A stretch of 64,000 nucleotides of DNA, taken from positions 76,260,001 to 76,324,000 of the forward strand of contig NC_042998.1 of NCBI RefSeq assembly GCF_006345805.1, written 5' to 3'. This DNA comes from Octopus sinensis. Taxonomy: Eukaryota. Of this stretch, positions 49,729 to 62,920 are shown in pieces. The position numbers were made by a program, and so were the translations under genes. Below the pieces are notes generated by a model. The model did not search any database, was not told where the DNA came from, and saw only the letters and a list, made by a program, of their open reading frames with translations. Numbering within the stretch: the stretch's first letter is position 1; each line of letters starts with the position of its first letter.

Positions 49729-52700
49729 ATGGACAGCAAATTTATAAAACCAAATTTGTTCACTGCTGATCCAAGTTCGAGTCAAGCTTCGAAAGAATGG
49801 AAATATTGGTTCAGAACTTCAAAAATTTTTTTAGAATCATTTCTTGCTGAACCGCCTATCACGGATGAAAGCAAACTTAGGTGTTTAATAGCGCACGTAG
49901 ATAAAGACGTTTACGAACTCATAAGTGAATGTGAGAATTAATCAGAAGCAAATTCAAACTCTGCAGAGGCTGTACGTGAAACCGTTGAACATTATTTTTG
50001 CGAGACACCTTTTAATGACATCCAAACAAGAACCAGGCCAATCAATTGACGACTATTTACAGAAATTGAAACGACTAGCTAAAGATTGCGGGTACAGAGC
50101 CGTGGACGCTGAAACTCGCAAAAATGAAGCTGTTCGTGACGCATTTATCTCGGGATTAACATCATCTTCAACTCGCCTTAGACTTTTAGAAAATATTCAA
50201 GATGCGGCGATAACTTTAGAAGCAATATTTAACCAAGCCCGTACGCTGGAAGTTGCTCAAAGGAATTCCGAAGTGTATAATAGCAGTCAGTCTGTTATAA
50301 ACAGCCAGGGAAGCTGTTTGTCAACGTTTATTCCACGCGAAGAAGATAAAATCTCAATTCCTGACGGAAACCCAGCTTGTGCAGCGACAAAACGAACTCA
50401 AAAGTCCTGTACCTTTTGCAGATCTAATGAATTTCATCCGAGGTTTAAGTGTCCTGCTAGGCGGAGCAAGTCTTACAAATGTGGATATTTTGGTCATTTT
50501 GCTAAAGAATGCCGGTCAAGTAACTGTAAAAATTTTGATAAGAGATCAGCAGCTCTTGATGATGGCAACTTCGCCAGGGCTTTATGTCAAGGTGGAGCTA
50601 CTACTAAAGTTAATTATAAAATAACAGTTGATGGCGTGAAAGCATTTGCTTTGATTGATACCGGCTCTACTATGAATCATATTAGCAAAGACTTTGCAAA
50701 GAAAAACAAATTGGTGGTGAAGTCTGAAAGGAATAAAATTAACATGACTGTCAACGGGAATCGTTCCCAAAGCGACGGTTATTGCATAAGTTTAATTGAA
50801 CTTCATGGAAGAATTTACGATCAAGTAAAGCTGGTGGTACTTGATAATTCGCTTGTAGATATAATTTTAGGACAAAATTTCTTAAAACAGCATCAACATG
50901 TACAAATTACCTTTGACGGCGATAAGCCCCCCCCCCCCCCATTACATTTGGGAGCTCTAAAGTGCATTAAAAGTGACATTACACTGAGGTTGTTTGAAAA
51001 TTTAAACTCTGACTGTAAACCCATAGTTACGAAATCGAGAAGACAGTCCGCCAATAATCAAAAATTTATTGCTGATACTATAAGCCGAGATCTGGCAGAA
51101 GGGGTAATTGAACCCAGTGTTTCTCCCTGGTGAGCCCAGGTATTGGTAATATCAGGAGAAAATCATCGCAAGAGACTGTGTATTGATTACAGTGAGACTG
51201 TAAATAAGTTTACGCAATTAGGTGGATATCCACTGCCAAATATGCATGACATGGTCACAAAAATAGCTCAATTTAATTATTTTAGCACACTAGATCTCAA
51301 AAGTGCGTATCATCAAGTTGAGATTCCAGTTGAAGATCAACCTTATATGACTTTCAAAATGCAGTGAAAATTATATCAAAGCAAACGTACTGCTTTCGGA
51401 CTAACAAATGCAGTGCCCTGTTTCCAGAGAGTGATCGATAATATAATCGAAAGCCATAATTGTAGAGCTACTTTTGCATATATCGACAACATAACTGTAT
51501 GTGGTAAATCGAAGGAAGAACATGATTGAAATTTAAAACATTTTCTTCAAGTTATTAAGGACTGTAATTTAACTTTTAATGAAAGCAAATGCATTTACAG
51601 CACTACACAGATTCGATTGCTTGGCTATGAAATTCAAAATAGTAACTTGAAACCTGACCCTGACTGGGTAAAACCCTTACTAGAACTACCTATTCCTAGT
51701 ACCCACAAAGCATTGAGTTGAATTGTTTGTCTATTTGCGTATTATTCTAAATGGATTCCCAAATTCTCTGACAAGATAAAACCGTTGGTTGATACTAAAT
51801 ATTTTCCTTTGAGTGAACTAGCCTTGTCAAGTTTAAAAACTTTACGAGATGATTTAGCAAACGCTACCTTAAAAGTGGTTGATGAAAGCCTTCCTTTCTC
51901 AATAGAAACAGATGCATCGGAGGTAGGTATATCTTGCGTTTTACATCAAAACGGAAAGCCAGTTGCATTTTTTTCAAGAACTCTCAACCCAAATGAGAGT
52001 CGTTATTCTTGTATTGAAAAAGAGGCGACAGCGATTGTAGAATCTGTGAGAAAATGGTCTCACTTTCTTGGCTTTTATGTTTAATTGTCAAAAGTGCAGT
52101 AAACCTAAAAACGAAAAGATAATGCGTTGGCGAATCGAACTAGCCCAGTATAAATTTGATATCATTTACCGCCAAAGCAAATTTAATGTTGTATCTGTTA
52201 CTTTATCGCGTACTTATTGCGCAGCTACGACTGATAATGAACTGTAATCGTATTCATGCAGCGCTGTGTCATCTTCGGATTAACGATTGTTTCATTATAT
52301 TAAAGTTAAGAATTTACCTTACTCCGTAGATGATGTAAAGCATATAACTAACAATTGTGTAATATGTTGTGAGGTGAAGCCTCGCTTTACTAAAACCTCT
52401 GTTTCGTCAGTAATTAAATCTACTCAAGCTTTTGAAAGATTGAGTGTTGGTTTGAAAGGACCATTACCTTCAGTGTCAAAGAAGCATTATTTTTTAACTG
52501 TTGTGGATGAGTATTCACGTTTTACGTTTATTTTTCCATGTACTGATACTAGTGCTCATTCCGTTATTAGTAATTTGAAAGTTTTGTTTAATCTTTTCGG
52601 ATTTTCTGTTGTTATTCATAGTGATAATGCTAAATGTTTTTGTATCCAAAGAACTTAAGCAATTTCTGTATGATAGGGGTATGACGATTACTCATTCTAC

Positions 52701-54329
52701 TCTGTGCAATCCTCGTGGAAATGCTCAATGTAAAAGGTATTGTTACGACCTGCCGTCGCTCGAACTCGAACCCGGGATCCTAACAAGTCGAGCGACGACG
52801 ATTGACCAGGCTCGATCGATCGGGAAAGTTCGCCACACAGAGAGAACTCGGTGGGGATGGCAGCGGCGACCGGCAACCACCTCCGGAGAGAACAACAACA
52901 ACAAACAGCGGCAGGGAGAGACACACAGAGGCAATCGGCTACATTTAACTACAGTTTATACAAATATTACAACAAATACAATGTGATACATCAGGTACAT
53001 CAAAGTAAATACAGGCAACAGAATCAACAGCATGCAGATGCAATATACAGTGTTCATAGACAAATAATTCACGTTACAGATCAAAGCAACAATACACGCT
53101 GATACAATAAAACAACAGCATTTAAAGAAAACAACAAATCAATACATTATACAATGTTCAAGTCACAACAGTTCAATTAACGTACACATTAACGATACAG
53201 TTCAGAGTTCTTTTCTTGTCTTTTTTCCTTCTTTTTTTTTGTAACACGTATCAATACAATTCACATTGTTCTCTATGACACATCAACAAGTCCTTTACTC
53301 AATTCACATTGTTCAATTCTTTTACATAAGTAACACAACTCAATAATCAACACATACCGTACAACAGCCAATGCCTCACACCGTAGTCCTCTCTATTGGC
53401 TGTTTAATACTATCTGTCTGTCTTTCCCTACGCTGTCGCCACCTCAAGCCGTAATCCCATCTGCCTATCTTCCTGTTCCAGTTACCGTCACAGCAGAACA
53501 ACCACTGCTAACTCGATGAATCCCAACTGCCAACTGCCTTTCATTTCGCACAGCAGAAACAACCTGTTACTCACTTGCTCTGTCCTCGACTGACTCACAG
53601 ACTCACATCTCTTTGCTTTATAAGGGGTTTCCTCGAACTTTCCTTGACCGGCACAAGGCCAAAGGTCCCCTAAAAGCTCATTACTCCTTCGTGAATCCGA
53701 CAGAACAATCGGTTTATCCCAAAAGTAGGTCGCAATCAACTGACCCTAAATTGAACTCACAACAGTATAATGGAGTAATATGGAATTCCATTAAATTGGC
53801 CTTACGTAGCAGAAATTTAACAGTTTCTAAATGGGAAGTCGTGGTTCCAGAAGTTTTACATTTGCAACGTTCATTATTATGCATGGCAACTAATGAGATC
53901 CCGCATGAGAGATTCTTTAAATTTCCCAGACGTTCTATGTGTGGTGTTTCCGTTCCTACTTGGTTAATGCAAGAACCTGACAAAGTGTTTGTTAAACGAC
54001 ATGTATGCAATAAGTATGATCCGTTAGTAGATGAAGCCCAATTGGTACAAATTAACCCTAACCACGGGAGAGTACTGTACCCAGATGGACGTGAAAGTAC
54101 TGTGTCCATTAGAGATTTAGCCCCTACTGGCAAAACGATTGAGTTAAGTAAGGGTCAAACTAATGTTGCTGACACTGATCCTACTCAAGTGCATGAACAC
54201 CGTAGTGGTTTTTCAGATACCATGATCGATTCTGTCCTACCTACATCAGTTCAAGAACCAGAACCTCAAACTATTTTACACTGGCATTCATCCGGAACAA
54301 AAAAAGTTCCTGATAGGTTAAATTTATGA
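49729..54329 (+). pseudogene. Gypsy gag-pol pseudogene
   Basis: Gag with Cys/His knuckles, protease LIDTGS, RT FSTLDLKSAYHQ and AYIDNITVCG, RNase H IETDASEVG...EKEATAI, integrase LTVVDEYSRF and HSDNA. Multiple stops and frameshifts. Confidence 0.93.
52741..53764 (-). mobile_element. Solo LTR (1024 bp) inserted in the Gypsy integrase
   Basis: TGTT...AACA termini with a GTAT 4-bp TSD; removing it restores KRYNGVIW. Orientation is inferred from a TATA-like motif on the minus strand. Confidence 0.85.
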
Positions 54330-54450
54330 TTGATGACGTGTTATGCTTATGAAAGGCCTCACTATTACGTCATTGTGATTGACTCATGGATATGTTTGTA
54401 TTTTGCATTTTGTTGGTTAATTGTTCTTTTTTTTTCTTTAGGGGGGAAAA

Positions 54451-54725
54451 TGTTGTGATTTTAATTTTGATCATGTGATTTTGATTGTCTCGATTGCTGT
54501 TATATGCCTGCAGTGCGACTGCACAGATTTCTGTTCTGTTTGCAGACGACATGTTCAGCATTGATTTTAGTCAGTTGAGAACGTAGCAACTCGCTGCATA
54601 AAAATGTTATTGCGTTGAAGTTTGGTTTTGCTTACAATTTTAGCAATCTTTGTATTGTATTGTATATTGCTGTATTTTTAGTCGATTAAAACCTTTTAAA
54701 CTTTGATATTCGAGTTTGGGTTTAT

Positions 54726-54729
<4 letters not shown>
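54451..54729 (+). repeat. 3' LTR
   Basis: TG...CA termini, directly after the PPT. Confidence 0.93.
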
Positions 54730-54776
<47 letters not shown>

Positions 54777-54800
54777 CTTACTTATATATATATATATATA

Positions 54801-55356
54801 ACGCAGTGCTGAACTCGCTGCAGAGGCAAGGAATCGAAGCGCAATATGTGCAGCTGCTCAGAGAGGCAAATTCGGATGCACCACCGACATAACTCTACTG
54901 TCATCACCCATACGAGTGCCGGTCGAGAAGGGAGTGAAGCAAGGAGATACAATCTCCCCAAAACTTATCACTGCATGTCTCGAACAGATCATCAGAGGCA
55001 TCAAATGGCAAGGTAGTGTCAACATCAATGGCGAGCTCCTCACTCACCTCCGTTTCGCTGACGACATCGTACTCATCACTGAAAACATAGATCAGCTTCA
55101 GACCATGCTGACTGAGCTCGGCATCAAAAGTTCTGCAGCAGGTCTCAAGATGAACCGCATGAAAATAAAGTTCATGCGGTCAGACAATGTACCAACAGGT
55201 CGAATGGTGATCGGCAGTGATGAAATAGAGGAGGTGAGAGAATATGTCTACCTGGGACAGGAAGTAAATATGTGCCGGGATATCAAAAAGGAGATCTCAC
55301 AGAGAGTAAGGGCCGGATGGAAGGCATTCAATGGCATAAGGGATGTGCTCAAGGAA
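54801..55356 (+). pseudogene. RTE-clade RT fragment (young family), copy 1
   Basis: GVKQGDTISPKL, LRFADDIVL and YVYLGQ motifs; one 1-bp deletion relative to copy 2. Confidence 0.88.
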
Positions 55357-55457
55357 GTTCTGTTGAGGTATTAATTTAAATTTGGCTATGGTGGATCGAA
55401 TCCACTTCATGCATGCAAGATCCACTACATATATATAAATATACATACATACATATA

Positions 55458-55542
<85 letters not shown>

Positions 55543-55570
55543 TCCTTACTTATATATATATATATATATA

Positions 55571-56128
55571 ACGCAGTGCTGAACTCGCTGCAGAGGCAAG
55601 GAATCGAAGCGCAATATGTGCAGCTGCTCAGAGAGGCAAATTCCGGATGCACCACCGACATAACTCTACTGTCATCACCCATACGAGTGCCGGTCGAGAA
55701 GGGAGTGAAGCAAGGAGATACAATCTCCCCAAAACTTATCACTGCATGTCTCGAACAGATCATCAGAGGCATCAAATGGCAAGGTAGTGTCAACATCAAT
55801 GGCGAGCTCCTCACTCACCTCCGTTTCGCTGACGACATCGTACTCATCACTGAAAACATAGATCAGCTTCAGACCATGCTGACTGAGCTCGGCATCAAAA
55901 GTTCTGCAGCAGGTCTCAAGATGAACCGCATGAAAATAAAGTTCATGCGGTCAGACAATGTACCAACAGGTCGAATGGTGATCGGCAGTGATGAAATAGA
56001 GGAGGTGAGAGAATATGTCTACCTGGGACAGGAAGTAAATATGTGCCGGGATATCAAAAAGGAGATCTCACAGAGAGTAAGGGCCGGATGGAAGGCATTC
56101 AATGGCATAAGGGATGTGCTCAAGGGAA
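55571..56128 (+). pseudogene. RTE-clade RT fragment (young family), copy 2
   Basis: Uninterrupted ~185-codon frame covering the C-terminal RT motifs; truncated at both ends. Confidence 0.88.
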
Positions 56129-56233
56129 GTTCTGTTGAGGTATTAATTTAAATTTGGCTATGGTGGATCGAATCCACTTCATGCATGCAAGATCCACTAC
56201 ATATATATAAATATACATACATACATACATATA

Positions 56234-56272
<39 letters not shown>

Positions 56273-56459
56273 CCTTAGTGAAGGACTAAAAAAATATTTT
56301 TGCCACGAGAGTTCTGCACCCCAGTTATGAACTCATTTGCATGCAGCCAATGAGAGCTCAACTGTCAAACTAGTGTCCAACTTGTCACGAAAATACTCTG
56401 GCTGAGTTCAGTGGAAAATGTGTGTTATAGCAAAATCTAACTGTTCTATTTGAGTTAAT

Positions 56460-57995
56460 AGGGGTTGCGAACAGACAGAAGGAAAACGAGCCACGGTGGA
56501 GTTGCTGTATACATCCGGGATGACCTCACACCCCAGGTCTTACTGACATACTCAAATTCGGTATGTGACACTTTAATTGTATACATAAGACAACATAATA
56601 TAGTCATATGCAATACATATTGCCCACTGGATGCTCCAAACCACATAGGCAAGTTTGAAGACTGCCTCACAAGAATTAAAGAAATCCTCATGAATCTGGA
56701 ACACCACGTGACCATATTTCTTATGGATGATTTCAACTTCCCCAACGTCAAATGGCCCGAATGTCTCATACTCTCAGAATGAATCATTGCAAGCAAGTAC
56801 AGGTGGAATCCCTGCTCAACCTCACCAATGCCTTATTCATGGAGCAAGTTGTACTCAAACCAACTAGGTCGAATATCATTCTGGATCTCTGCTTCACGAA
56901 CAATATGGACATCATTCATGATGTGAAAGTGACACCAACATTAGTCTCGGATCACAACATAATAGAGCTGTCTATGTTTGGGCCGAAAGTAACCAGAGAC
57001 ATACAGCCTAAAGGAAGCACCCGAAATCTCTCAAATCTGAACTTCCACAAAGCAGATTGGAAATCGATCCAAAAAGAGATCCTCAGAGAGGACTGGCTGA
57101 AATGTCTCTCCACACCAGACATTGACATGAAACTAGAATGTTTCATGTCTTCTGTGCAAGCCATATGCCAGAAATATGTCCCAGAGCACATGGCCAAAAC
57201 AAATAGGAGCAAGATTCCAAGAGACAGGAAGATCCTCATGAGACGATGGACGAAGGTTGCAAATCGACTCACCAACATCCCAAAAGTAGCGAAATGTCCC
57301 GCCTAAAAACAACACTGATGGAAATCGAAAAAAGGCTGCAACAATCCTATGTGAGGGAGAAAGCAGACAAAGAAGCCTGGGTTATAAAAAACATTAAATC
57401 AAACCCAAAGGCCTTCTTTCATTACGCGAAAGAAACAGTCTGAGTACACTACAAGATAGGACCCCTCCTCCAAAAGGATGGTTCCCTCACAGACAGTCCA
57501 ACTAAGATCAGTGAGATACTGAATGACCAGTTTAAAAGTGTCTTTACCACCCCATTGGAAAACAGACAAGTGAACGAACTAGTGGACTTCTTTGCTGCCT
57601 CACATATAACCAGTGAGGCGGTTACAATAGAATGTATTGACATTAGCGAAAAAGATGTCCTACTAGCCATAGATGAAGTGGACACAAACTCAGCTGCTGG
57701 TCCAGATGGTTTCCCAGCCATCCTCCTCAAAGCGTGTAAGCATGCCCTGGCAAAACTCCTCAAGATTCTCTTCCAGAGCTTTCTTACAAATGGCAAACTG
57801 CCAAGCAAGCTGAAGGAGGGAATAATATGCCCAATACATAAAGGGGGAAGTAGAGCAGATGCCAAAAACTATAGGCCTATCTCTCTGACTTCACACATCA
57901 GCAAAGTCATGGAGTGGATAGTCAGAAAGAAACTAATTGCATTCCTTGAAGAAAATGACTTGCTGAGTGATACCCAGCATGGTTTTCGACCAGGT
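56460..57995 (+). mobile_element. CR1/L2-group LINE ORF2 fragment (APE endonuclease, linker, start of RT)
   Basis: HGGVAVYIR, DDFNFPNVKW, ILDLCFTN, AAGPDGF and NYRPISLTSHISKVME...QHGFRPG; stops and frameshifts. Confidence 0.85.
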
Positions 57996-58750
57996 ACTTA
58001 CACTCTGTCGAGTATGTACACTGACATTACACATCCAGCAGAGCACTCTAACTTCATTCCTTTCAAGCTTACGCATGTCTTTAGCAGTCATGGCCCATGT
58101 TTCACTGCCATGTAGTATGGCTGTTTGTATACATGTCATACAGTTTACTTTTTACTTTGAGCGAGAGGCCCTTTGTCACCAGCAGAGGTAAGAGCTCTCT
58201 GAACTTTCCCCAGGCAATTCTTATTTTAGGAGCTACACTTTCAGCGCACCCTCCCCCACTACTGAATTGGTTACCTAGGTAATGGAGGCTATGAACTACT
58301 TCTAGTTTTTCTCCCTGGAATGTGGTCGAAGTTGTTCTCTGCGCATTTTCAGTGTTTATTGCTCCTGAGCATCTGCCACATACAAAACCTATCTTCCCAG
58401 TTAGCCTTCCTTTGATATTGCTGCACCTCTTATGTGTCCATAGCTTACACTGGGTACATCTTATAGAGTTTCTACCTACACCTTTTCTACAGATCAAGCA
58501 GGGCCATCTACCTGAAGGGATTTGTGGTTTGTCAGCCTTCCTACTTATTAGGACTTTAGTTTTAGCTAGGTTGACTCTAAGGCCCTTTTATTCTAATCCT
58601 TGTTTCCACACCTGAAACGTCTTCTCTAGTCTTGACAGTGACTCAGCAATTAGAGCAAGGTCATCAGCATAGAGGCATCCTGTCTTGAATTCCTCTATCA
58701 TTGCCTGGAGGACTATGATAAATAGGAGGGGGCAAAGACTGAACCTTGGT
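57996..58750 (-). mobile_element. RTE LINE fragment
   Basis: CRKGVGRNSIRCTQCKLWTHKRCS..KIRIAWGKFRELLPLL..ILHGSETW. Confidence 0.88.
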
Positions 58751-59744
58751 TAATGGATAACAGATTTAGATTAAAAAAAAAAAAAGAAATCCTTGTAGAG
58801 ATATTGTCCATTTCTTTCCTATTATTACAGTCCTTGTATTATTGTAAATTATATAGCAGTTTTATAGGTAATAGAACTAATCCATAACAAATACTTTAGA
58901 GACATTAGGCATTTAGTTCTTTATCACTAATCGAAAGATTTTTTCTTTTTAAATCAAAGTTTTTTTAAATGCCTTAAACATTTTGTGACACGTAACGACT
59001 GGTCTATTCATCTAAACTTCATTTTATAGATGATAATGGGCTAGGATAACTAACGTGATTCGGGTTATTTCTAAAACTTCATTATGCATATATAAACTGA
59101 TGCATTTCTGAAAGTGGGTGAACATGTTAAATGCAGTTTTGCATTTGTATAACTTTTAGTTTTGTATAATCATCCCACAGAGATAGGACAGGCTCTAAAT
59201 TTCAGTTACTTCCTTGTCGCTGCTTAGATTTATACAAATGAACACTAGCAATGAATAAAAATACAGGGGAAGGCAGAAAGAAGGAAAAGAGCAGAGTGTG
59301 TGAAATCAATTTCTGACTATTATTTCTTTTAGAAAATTATATTATAGCATTTAACTATGAAAGAGAAGAAAAACAAAAAGTTGTAGTTAGCATTAGTAGG
59401 GCTTTCAAATCTAGAAGAAAGATTTTAATGCATGGTAGTGCATTAAACACAGAAACATGTATACAAAGACAGAAGATAATAAATTAGCTTTAATTTGGAT
59501 ATGGTGTTTAAAAATTTTTTATACCTTAATCAGAGGAAGAGCAAATACCTATAGCTTTTGCTTTTATAGTCTTCACTCTCCACACTGAAATCCAGTGGAA
59601 ATGGATGCAAAAATCCAGATCCCTTGGTTTTCTAAAGACCACAAACTCAATGAAAATTACTAAAGGGTAAAATCATTTAATTTTAAAAAAATTTTTAGAA
59701 ATTAATACAAATTAGCCAGTTATGTATTTTAAAAATTTATTTAC

Positions 59745-61073
59745 AGATAGCTTGTATACATTTTAGATAGCGATACCACCATGAGGGTCATAGCCCATCT
59801 CATCAGGGAGAGAGTCTGCTTAGATGAGATGCAGTTCTGTTTTGTGCCAAGTAGAAGTACCACTGATGCCATATTCCTGGTTCGACAACTGCAGGAGAAA
59901 TACCTAGCTAAAGATAAACCCATATACTTAGCTTTTGTTGACATAGAGAAAGCCTTTGACTGGGTCCCCCTATCCCTTATCTGGTGGGCGATGTGGAAAC
60001 TGGAGATTGACGAATGGTAAATAAGGGCTGTACAGGCCATTTATAGAGAGAGGCTGTTAATAAGGTTAGAATTGGCAATGAGTATAGTGAAGAATTCCAG
60101 GTAGAAGTAGTTCAGCCCTCAGTCCCCTTTTATTCATCATAGTCATCCAAGCAATAACAGAGGAATTCAAGGCAGGTTGCTCCTGGGAGCTCCTCTATGC
60201 TGATGACCTGGCCCTCATAGCAGAATCACTACCAGAACTAGAAAAGAAATTTCGTGTGTGGAAGCTAGGTTTAGAATCAAAAGGCCTTAGAGTCAATGTA
60301 GCAAAGACCAAAGTTCTAGTAAGTAGGAAGGTGAACTCATCACATACCTCCTTAGGTAGATGGCCCTGCTCGATCTGTAGAAAAGGTGTAGGTAGAAACT
60401 CCATAAGCTGTACCCAGTGTAAGCTATGGACACATAAGAGGTGCAGCAACATCAAAGAAAAATTAAACGAGAAAATAGCTTTCGTGTGCAGCAGATGCAC
60501 AGAGGCAAAAGACACCACAGAAACTCTGTAAAACAGATTCCATCACACTCCAGAGGGAGAAACTAGAAGTAGTTGATAGTTTCCACTACCTTGGTGACCA
60601 AGTTAGTAGTGGGGATGGATGCTCAGAGAGTGTTACTACTAGAATAAGAATACCCTGGGCAAAGTTTAGAAAGCTTCTTCCCCTACTGGCGACGAGGGTC
60701 TCTCGTACATCAACATCAAAATAAAAATCAAATGGAAATTGTAGTTGTGATACCCGTGCCGGTGGCACGTAAAAAGCACTATCCGAATGTGGCCGATGCC
60801 AGCGCCGCCTTGACTGGTGCCCGTGCCAGTGATACGTAAAAAGCACCAACCAATCGTGGCCATTTGCCAGCCACCTCTGGCCCCTGTGCCAGTGGCATGT
60901 AAAACACACCCACTATACTCATGGAGTGGTTGGTGTTAGGAAGGGCATCCAGCTGTAGAAACACTGCCAGATCAGACTGGAGCCTGGTGCAGCCTCCTGG
61001 CTTCCCAGACCCTGGTCGAACTGTCCAACCCATGCTAGATTGGAAAACGGACGTTAAACAATGATGATGATGA
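59745..61073 (+). mobile_element. 5'-truncated, internally deleted RTE LINE with UTR and tail
   Basis: DEMQFCFVPSRSTTDAIFLVRQLQEKY..VDIEKAFD, LLYADDL, a PHD-like motif, then the UTR. Confidence 0.9.
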
Positions 61074-61448
61074 AAATGAGAAATGGTGTGATTTCAGTGG
61101 ATTCCAGAAATTATGGCATAATAATAGGAAGGCATAATAATAGAAATACCGCTACCTGGAATTCTTCACTGTACTTGTTCATTATGCACACAACGAACTC
61201 TCTCGTCGTTAGACGATGTATGTGGCTACGGCAATTTCTTGTTGAACAACCGCACAGATGAATTATCTATAGTGATCAAATGTTTTTGTTCACATAAGCT
61301 CATACCTTCCATGAAATTGACATTACCTACACAGGTACACCATGTGCCAAATGTGTGATGAAGAAATGATCGAAGAGTAACCTAAAATAAAGTACTTTGC
61401 TCAAGAACACAATGAGTACAAAATCCTGACCATTTAACCATTTGCCTT

Positions 61449-61496
<48 letters not shown>

Positions 61497-61664
61497 GCAT
61501 GCACATTGTTTTTTGATTTTGTTGACTACACAGTATAGTAGGTTCAGTTGGGCACCATCTGTGAGAATAGCAACCTGTTGACACCATTCACTCTGCCAGA
61601 AATTTGGCAATGACATGCTGTACAGCATGGCATTCCTGCCAGAAGCTCCAATAGAAATAAATGG

Positions 61665-61825
61665 GGAACACACAGAACAACCTTTGGCTAGCAGTGTCCG
61701 CAAAACATGTACCGAGAGTGATAAAAATCAAACATCCAGTGAGCATCATGGTGTTTGGAGTGATCACTAGTGATGGCAATGTTATGTCTCCATTCATCTT
61801 TCCACATAGCCTTAGACTCAACTTG
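61665..61825 (+). pseudogene. maT-type transposase fragment
   Basis: Translates to ...PRVIKIKHPVSIMVFGVITSDGNVMSPFIFPHSLRLN, homologous to the 23.4-23.5 kb region. Confidence 0.7.
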
Positions 61826-62214
61826 GGTATGTGATCAACGAGAGAACCAAATGGAAAATGAGACAAGTAACATAACGAACGACCCTTCATCAATTGTCAG
61901 CTGTCCATCTACTCCTATTTTTGAGTAATTAACCACAATACGAGGCTTCGAAAGGCAGTTGTTTCCACAAACCAAAATAAAATTTGGGATTTGCAGAGGG
62001 TCAAATTTGGTAACAAAAACAAGACACTGGAGTCACAATAAACCAAATGAAAACAAACATGGAGTGCCAGTAGACCAGACGAGGTAAGGTAGCGAACACT
62101 GGAGGAATATTGTCTTTGACAAGAGAAAAGATAGAAGAGGCGACATAAGAATGTGTCTGGGCTGTAAGACAGACTGAAGGAAAAAAAAAAGATGATCACG
62201 TTAAGAAAATAAAG

Positions 62215-62490
62215 ATGAACAATGGTAATCTATAGATGGAAAATCACTGAAGGGCTCTTGCCAAATTTTAGTTTTGGAGCAATACCAATCATCACTGCAT
62301 AGTCCTGAAGATCCCACCCTCCTTATCAATGGCCTAAAGTTCAAAGACCCACAACTCTTTAATATCTTGCCAAAGAAAGTTCTGAATCTACATGGAAGAG
62401 ATTCAAGATTCAGATAACTTACTAGCTGCGATTTTTGATGAATCAACATCATGGCAAGAAATGCAACTGAGCGTAGTTGCTTTTCTTCAA
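62215..62490 (+). mobile_element. Degenerate CR1-like LINE 3' fragment
   Basis: Residual similarity to the CR1 ORF2 C-terminus (...PQLFNILPK...). Confidence 0.45.
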
Positions 62491-62615
62491 TTTCTTTGTT
62501 CACCAAAAGTTAAGTACTGTTGAAATAGTACTAATTGCATTGGCAGTGTTCAAGCATGACTCCAGCCTTCATGGTGAAACTAATAAAAGAATGAAAGAAT
62601 AAAAGTGTGTGTATA

Positions 62616-62660
<45 letters not shown>

Positions 62661-62661
<1 letters not shown>

Positions 62662-62910
62662 GGTACATGGCCTAGTGGTTAGGCTGTTGCACTCATGATC
62701 ACTAGATTGTGGGTTTGATTCTCTGACTGGGTGATGTGTTCTTGAGCAAAATACTTCATTTCATGTGTTGCTCCAGGCCCCTTGGATCAAGGGTGATTGT
62801 TGGCCTTCTTGCCTAGCCAGCGGGATGGCATCATTTGAAGGCTAAAACAATACAAAAAGCACTTTATGACCAGCAGTGTGTAACAATATCTGATAGTCTG
62901 GTCAGTCACA
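62661..62910 (+). mobile_element. tRNA-derived SINE; its 3' part recurs at 63885-64000
   Basis: TGGCCTAGTGG A-box, GGTTTGATTC B-box and shared tail CATTTGAAGGCTAAAACAAT. Confidence 0.75.
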
Positions 62911-62920
62911 TTATATATAT

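Larger units (their letters stand above)
49410..54729 (+). mobile_element. Decayed full-length Ty3/Gypsy LTR retrotransposon
   Basis: LTRs at 49410-49681 and 54451-54729, polypurine tract AGGGGGGAAAA before the 3' LTR, domain order gag-PR-RT-RH-IN. Both flanks are (TA)n, so the TSD is unreadable. Confidence 0.95.

Noticed and set aside
53613-54329. 238-aa ORF as an independent gene
   Set aside because: It is a chimera of solo-LTR sequence and the Gypsy integrase C-terminus.
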